DNA of 64,000 bases from a virus, in the IMG/VR virus record IMGVR_UViG_3300007734_000758. One strand, given 5' to 3'. The notes under the pieces were generated by a model. The model was given only the letters and a program-made list of their open reading frames with translations. It was not told the DNA's origin and searched no databases. Below are positions 59,552 through 64,000 of this stretch, one piece after another. Position numbers and translations under genes: made by a program. The first letter of the stretch is position 1; each line of letters opens with the position of its first letter.

Positions 59552-61582
59552 TTACACCCATTCCACTATTTGGTCCACCATTTGGTTTTCATTGATAGTC
59601 CTAACCAAATGTCCCATGTCGGAGGGTTGGATCAGATGGGCACTGTCACCATACATCCTTTCGAAGCCGTGGTGCATCTCATCACGGTCCGCGATATAGT
59701 AACTCAGTACACTTATACCACTACTCTTTAAAGCACGTACTGTCTGAGCAGTATGACGCCATGCAGATTCATCACCATAGTGAGGGAAGCCTTGTACACT
59801 ATAACAGGGTTCTCCATCCGAGAAGTTAATGAAGAGTGACTTACGTCCCCGGGCACGTTTCTGTATCCAATTACTCAGTGCATTAAAGCATAATCCTTCT
59901 GGTGTACTTGAATTAGGTTCGAATGCTGAGAACATTGTACGGAAATGGTTTAGAGTATGACGCTTGCTATCGTACATGATAATCACTGCTGGGTATTTAC
60001 CGGCATCGATACGTACATCGATAGTGAGATGTATATTCTTTGCTAGTGCACATCCCTTTGCTAATGCTGAGGTGAATCGTAGTGTCTCTCTCCATTTTGT
60101 TCCATCCATTGATCCGGATGCATCTAGTGATATATGAATATAGGAGTCGGGGTATCGTTCGATACGGGTACGGTAAAAGATATCTTCTACTGTACTGGCG
60201 TACGCTATCCGGCGTGGATCAATCTTTCCCCGATTCAATCGGTTATACTCTAGGGTACGTTCTTCGGCTCGGGTACGTAACTGTTTGCTTATGCGGCTAC
60301 CATATCCGAATCCACTATCGATGATCTCAGTGTAGAGATCCGTTCTCCAATTGTTGTCTCGGTGGAATGCGAAGAAACCACGAAGGCCGTCCGGGAGTCC
60401 ATTCAATTGACGCTTACCACTTTCATCCCATAATTTGCTAGGGGTGAGGTTTTCCAGTAGCAGTACTGTTACTCCCTTAAAGGTTCCTCCCGCATCTGTT
60501 GTCGACAGTATGTCTACGTTCTCAGTCATTGCCTGCATGGCCCTACTCTCACCCTTAGATAATTTCGACTTCTTTATATCACCCTGTAGGGCGGTCATCA
60601 TCTCCCTTACTGCTTTGTCGATACGTTTTTCCATGGAAGGACTGAACTGTTCACCCTCAGAAAGCGACTCGCCGGATTCGGTTTCCTCTCCTTCAGATCC
60701 ATCACCGGTATCGGAAGGTTCACCCTCACCCGTACCAGCTTCTGACGCTTGCTCTTTACCATCCGCTTCCTTCTCGAAGACCGGTTCCTGTACAGGTAGA
60801 TTAGCTACAATCTCTCCCCATACCTGTATTGCTAATACTGCTACATCTGTGCTACTCTTCAAGCGATCGATATTCTGTAGATCGATCATACTAAAGATAC
60901 GTTCTAGTCCCGGTAATGCCTTTGGATCACTGTCCGGATTAACCATACTGAGTATATGGAAGAGGTAGTTTTCCGCCTTTACTCCACGATATCGCACATC
61001 GCGGATAGCCTTCGTGGTAGTGGCATTGATAAAGTACTCCTCATATAATGCATCGTAATAACCACAATAACCAGGTGCAGTGTTACGTACATATCGATCG
61101 ATGCGACGGTCTTCAATGATATTGATTAGGTTCTTGATATTGCATGCTGTACCATATGGGTCATTTTCCGGCTTAGCTTCCCCGGGCAATAGATTGTATG
61201 CCTCACGGATAGCAGGATAGGGATCTGTAGTTCCATTATACGTATTGTGTATGCTCATGATATAGGGCAATACCTTAAAGTCCGTCAGCACAATATGGGA
61301 TGCTTCGTGTAATGCTAACCCTACGTTAATATCAAACTTGCCCGCGTCACGGTTAGCAGATATCACGATCCGTTCACCATCAGTATATGAATCACCTGAG
61401 GTAGCAAACTGTACAGTTATCTGTTTACCTGTTAATATGTTCACGAAGTTCGATATCACATTACGGTACTTGATAAGACCGATGATATCCTGTCCGGACT
61501 CTTCCATACGGTCGACATCATACTCGAACTGATCGATATCGAGCCAATAGGATGAGTGCAATTGCTTGAAATTCTTTGCCAT
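59552..61582 (-). CDS. CobT-like protein: HExxH domain, acidic linker and VWA domain
   Basis: LHEASH, NIIEDRRID, GKID, DASGSM MIDAS, STPE, FSDGEP. Confidence 0.85.
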   Translation of the reverse strand: MAKNFKQLHSSYWLDIDQFEYDVDRMEESGQDIIGLIKYRNVISNFVNILTGKQITVQFATSGDSYTDGERIVISANRDAGKFDINVGLALHEASHIVLTDFKVLPYIMSIHNTYNGTTDPYPAIREAYNLLPGEAKPENDPYGTACNIKNLINIIEDRRIDRYVRNTAPGYCGYYDALYEEYFINATTTKAIRDVRYRGVKAENYLFHILSMVNPDSDPKALPGLERIFSMIDLQNIDRLKSSTDVAVLAIQVWGEIVANLPVQEPVFEKEADGKEQASEAGTGEGEPSDTGDGSEGEETESGESLSEGEQFSPSMEKRIDKAVREMMTALQGDIKKSKLSKGESRAMQAMTENVDILSTTDAGGTFKGVTVLLLENLTPSKLWDESGKRQLNGLPDGLRGFFAFHRDNNWRTDLYTEIIDSGFGYGSRISKQLRTRAEERTLEYNRLNRGKIDPRRIAYASTVEDIFYRTRIERYPDSYIHISLDASGSMDGTKWRETLRFTSALAKGCALAKNIHLTIDVRIDAGKYPAVIIMYDSKRHTLNHFRTMFSAFEPNSSTPEGLCFNALSNWIQKRARGRKSLFINFSDGEPCYSVQGFPHYGDESAWRHTAQTVRALKSSGISVLSYYIADRDEMHHGFERMYGDSAHLIQPSDMGHLVRTINENQMVDQIVEWV

Positions 61583-61593
61583 GTTTGGTTGGT

Positions 61594-61815
61594 TTATTCG
61601 GTTACTATTAGGGTACTGACTTCACACTGCAATGCTCGGTAGGTGTCCGGCTTAAGCCATTCACTGATACGATAGGCCGGGGTATATTCGATACCATCCG
61701 ACAGGATTACATTATGGGGACATGCAGCAATCATCAGGACTGCTCCCATTCCCATATTCGGCCGACGTATCAGCCAATCGCATACCTCTTGTGTGGGCAT
61801 TAATGATTCTTTCAT
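61594..61815 (-). CDS. Hypothetical protein
   Basis: 73 aa. Confidence 0.45.
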   Translation of the reverse strand: MKESLMPTQEVCDWLIRRPNMGMGAVLMIAACPHNVILSDGIEYTPAYRISEWLKPDTYRALQCEVSTLIVTE

Positions 61816-61825
61816 TCGATCTAGG

Positions 61826-62254
61826 TTAGGCTTTTACCAATTTATACTTTACACCATCGATTTCTACTATCTTATTTTCACAATACTTTGATCGGTTGTC
61901 TTCAATGTAACCATAGGAATTTTCAAAATAGATTTCATTTCCATTGGAATCATATTCTCTCTTCCACCAGTAACCATTGGAATATTCAAAATAGATTTCA
62001 TTTCCATTGGAATCATATTCACTCTTCCACCAATAACCATTGGAATTTTCAAAATAGATTTCATTTCCATTGGAATCGAATTTTTTCTTTTTCCAGTAAC
62101 CATTGGAATCTTCACGATAAATTTGATTTCCATTGGAATCGTATTCCCACTTTCCCCAATAACCATTGGAATTTTCAAAATAGATTTTATTTCCATTCTT
62201 ATCTTTGATTTCAAACGGAAAGTCTTTGATTTTAAGTTGCTGTGCGATTGTCAT
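61826..62254 (-). CDS. Repeat protein (about 5 x 21-aa YWxKxEYDSNGNEIYFENSNG; DUF2963/YD-like)
   Basis: 63-bp tandem repeats at about 61910-62200. Confidence 0.75.
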   Translation of the reverse strand: MTIAQQLKIKDFPFEIKDKNGNKIYFENSNGYWGKWEYDSNGNQIYREDSNGYWKKKKFDSNGNEIYFENSNGYWWKSEYDSNGNEIYFEYSNGYWWKREYDSNGNEIYFENSYGYIEDNRSKYCENKIVEIDGVKYKLVKA

Positions 62255-62255
62255 A

Positions 62256-62498
62256 TTATCCTAATATACGTTTTGCAATAGTGAATGAATACTCAAGATC
62301 GATCGGTTTCAAACCGCGGCCTTTTGAATAATGCTGGGTGGATTGGTGGTACACTTCACCATTATGGACCATGAACACGAAGCTACCGGTTACATGCCTC
62401 CCGGCTTTTACATCGATCATTACTAATGAATCTGAGACGATCTCTGCCTTATAGGACACGGTCTCTGACATCTGGTTGGCTCCGGTTAATTTCCTCAT
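62256..62498 (-). CDS. Hypothetical early protein
   Basis: 80 aa; host-type promoter at 62520-62551. Confidence 0.5.
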   Translation of the reverse strand: MRKLTGANQMSETVSYKAEIVSDSLVMIDVKAGRHVTGSFVFMVHNGEVYHQSTQHYSKGRGLKPIDLEYSFTIAKRILG

Positions 62499-62587
62499 CT
62501 TTTATCTTTTTATTATACTTAAATCTAGTAAATAAGATTGATACTTACAAGGAAATCGGTAACTTTTTTTCAGGAGATTTGTAAGGT

Positions 62588-62631
62588 ATTGATTCTCAAT
62601 AAGTTATAACTTATTAAGTTTCAAGCCGTTA
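62588..62631. promoter_or_regulatory. Inverted plus degenerate direct copy of the 57945 repeat (IHF-like)
   Basis: ATTGATTCTCAATAAGTTATA is the exact 21-nt reverse complement; forms the palindrome AATAAGTTATAACTTATT. Confidence 0.6.
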
Positions 62632-62717
62632 TATAACGTATTCCTTGAGTCCTAGGGCTTAAAGGAGTAAAGGGTGATACACTATTGTACCACCCTATAT
62701 ATAGGGGTCCGACCCTA

Positions 62718-62975
62718 TTAGGCTTCAACCAGCTCAGGCGCTTCGGCCACGACTGCTGGGGCAGCTTTGCTCAACTGAGCATCGATCTTATCCATCGCAA
62801 AACGACGCTGCTTGCCTGTACTTACAGTATAACGTACATACTGTTTGGATTGGAGTGCGAGACGCAATTGTACCGGGCGAATCTTATCGGTCATCTCGGT
62901 GCCGGTTTCTACATCAAAACCACGGAGTTCACCATTGGTAAATTCGGGACGTACAAAGATTTCATTCTTACTCAT
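62718..62975 (-). CDS. Hypothetical early protein
   Basis: 85 aa; host-type promoter at 63014-63045. Confidence 0.6.
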   Translation of the reverse strand: MSKNEIFVRPEFTNGELRGFDVETGTEMTDKIRPVQLRLALQSKQYVRYTVSTGKQRRFAMDKIDAQLSKAAPAVVAEAPELVEA

Positions 62976-63013
62976 AACTGTTAATTGTTTAATTGTTTAA
63001 TTAATATAATACT

Positions 63014-63045
63014 TAAAGCTAAGGAATAGATTTGAAACTACCAAA
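63014..63045 (-). promoter_or_regulatory. Bacteroidota-type early promoter (representative copy)
   Basis: TTTG-N20-TAGCTTTA. Same 20-nt spacing at 3979-4010, 15803-15834, 43797-43828, 44603-44634, 50188-50219, 51871-51902, 56611-56642, 57694-57725, 58538-58569, 59191-59222 and 62520-62551. Confidence 0.8.
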
Positions 63046-63066
63046 TCGATCTGTAACTTTTTTTTG

Positions 63067-63216
63067 TAGTCAGGACAGGATTCGAACCTGTATTAGTATT
63101 ATAGAGACTCTTCACTAACCTGGCTTAACTAAGGGTAGAATAACGAAACATGCGGTTTACATTCTTTGCCTTGCTATCTCTGCGCCCAGTGCGTCTACCA
63201 ATTCCGCCACCTGACT
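63067..63216 (-). ncRNA. tRNA-like shell element 2 (99-nt cargo)
   Basis: AGTCAGGTGGCGGAATTGGTAGACGC-[63092-63190]-ACAGGTTCGAATCCTGTCCTGACTA. Confidence 0.82.
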
Positions 63217-63297
63217 AAGTAGTGGAGCGTCACTTATTACTAAGTTATCCACTTCGGTTACATTATCTTATGATAAGAGGTTTTACCGAGCCCAAGG

Positions 63298-63411
63298 TAG
63301 TCAAGACAGGATTCGAACCTGTAATGCATATTATCTAACTCCCAAGGACTACTCGCCCATGGTAAGTAATGCACTTATAGTCTCAGCGTCTACCAATTCC
63401 GCCACCTGACT
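63298..63411 (-). ncRNA. tRNA-like shell element 3 (63-nt cargo)
   Basis: Same shell with one C-to-T change giving a G-U pair in the acceptor stem; cargo 63323-63385. Confidence 0.82.
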
Positions 63412-63550
63412 ATATTTTATTTTTAAAATATTTTATTAAGCCTAAACATTTAATAACATAATATTCTACAATAATCCATCTTTTAAGTTTAACCCACCAA
63501 GGGTCTTTCTTCATATCATCTAATATTCTTTGAAAAACTTTACTTCTCAT
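63410..63550 (-). CDS. Small basic protein (46 aa; not in track) between shell elements 4 and 3
   Basis: MRSKVFQRILDDMKKDPWWVKLKRWIIVEYYVIKCLGLIKYFKNKI*; A-rich leader; TAG stop overlaps the first 2 nt of element 3. Confidence 0.6.
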   Translation of the reverse strand: MRSKVFQRILDDMKKDPWWVKLKRWIIVEYYVIKCLGLIKYFKNKI

Positions 63551-63565
63551 AACTTTTATTTTTAG

Positions 63566-63726
63566 TAGTCAGGACAGGATTCGAACCTGTATGGTGGACA
63601 TTTTTCTTTATTACAGAAGGTCTCATGTTAACTAAACCCCATTGCGTGGAACTGTCCCATCTCGGCCATCGATGTTTTAACCTTAAAACCAACAAGTATG
63701 CGTCTAACCAATTCCGCCACCTGACT
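63566..63726 (-). ncRNA. tRNA-like shell element 4 (109-nt cargo)
   Basis: Same shell with one extra T in the D-loop; cargo 63591-63699. Confidence 0.82.
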
Positions 63727-63736
63727 ATTTGTTTGT

Positions 63737-63940
63737 TTAACTATGAAAAGCTTGCTCAGATATGTACATGTAAATGTAGTCTTCTTCCTCATTTTCATCT
63801 AAAGAAGACTCATACTCGTTCTCTAGACATTCTGCCATTGCACTTAGAGCAGATTCTTCAGTTGCGTAGATTCCATAAATTTCTCCAGATTCTGGCGTCC
63901 CTTGATTCGTGTGGTGTACCACGTATACTTTTGCTTCCAT
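63737..63940 (-). CDS. Small acidic hypothetical protein
   Basis: KVYVV...IYGIYATEESA; ends 10 nt before element 4. Confidence 0.6.
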   Translation of the reverse strand: MEAKVYVVHHTNQGTPESGEIYGIYATEESALSAMAECLENEYESSLDENEEEDYIYMYISEQAFHS

Positions 63941-64000
63941 ATTATTTTGTTTATTGTTTAGTACTATTACGTTAACGTACGTACATCGTTAAATACTGAG

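Noticed and set aside
61867-62214. Alternative-frame repeat ORFs (MEMKSILKIPMV; HWN repeats)
   Set aside because: By-products of the 63-bp tandem repeat in 61826-62254.
62692-62717. CCCTATATATAGGG palindrome as a terminator
   Set aside because: No U-tract and competing short stems; cannot be assigned.
63067-63726. Shell elements as a CRISPR array, tmRNA, tRNA-Sec or intron-containing tRNAs
   Set aside because: The repeats are tRNA arms with irregular spacing and no cas genes are present. There is no G3-U70 pair and a D-stem is present (not tmRNA). The acceptor is 7 bp with no UCA loop (not Sec). Cargoes are too short for group I introns, and I could not rebuild a canonical anticodon arm or a bulge-helix-bulge by eye. 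The intron option still deserves a computational test.

Overview
This window is part of a large lytic tailed phage genome of myovirus type with T4-like structural genes. It is AT-rich and every credible gene lies on the - strand; the + strand ORFs in the supplied track look like antisense shadows. The host is very likely Bacteroidota, based on TTTG-N20-TAnnTT promoters, A-rich leaders mostly without Shine-Dalgarno sequences, and Bacteroidota-type GroEL, Hc1-like and DUF4494-like genes. Read in transcription order (right to left): (i) ~56-64 kb, an early/accessory region of small ORFs, a CobT-like VWA protein, one tRNA-Leu(UAA) and several non-coding repeat families; (ii) ~41-56 kb, host-takeover, lysis and auxiliary genes (spanin-like pair, Hc1, GroEL, methyltransferase, GH73 lysin, glycoside hydrolase, UvsE, HD hydrolase, gp55-like sigma factor); (iii) ~1-41 kb, baseplate, resolvase, primase, an Mre11-Rad50 fusion, tail fibres, neck, sheath, PhoH, terminase (mini-intein) and portal (HNH intein, runs off the window). 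The most striking unexplained signal is four copies of a tRNA-Leu-like shell (near-identical acceptor stem, D-arm and T-arm). In each copy the anticodon/variable region is replaced by a different structured 51-109 nt cargo, and the copies are interspersed with small ORFs and promoters. Other notable signals: a late promoter that is the reverse complement of T4's and often sits 5 nt before the ATG; a 43-bp promoter-plus-gene-start duplication after two tail-fibre modules; a second dispersed fixed-arm hairpin family; and an ORF enclosed in a 16-bp stem. All product calls come from motif recognition by eye; no database searches were run.
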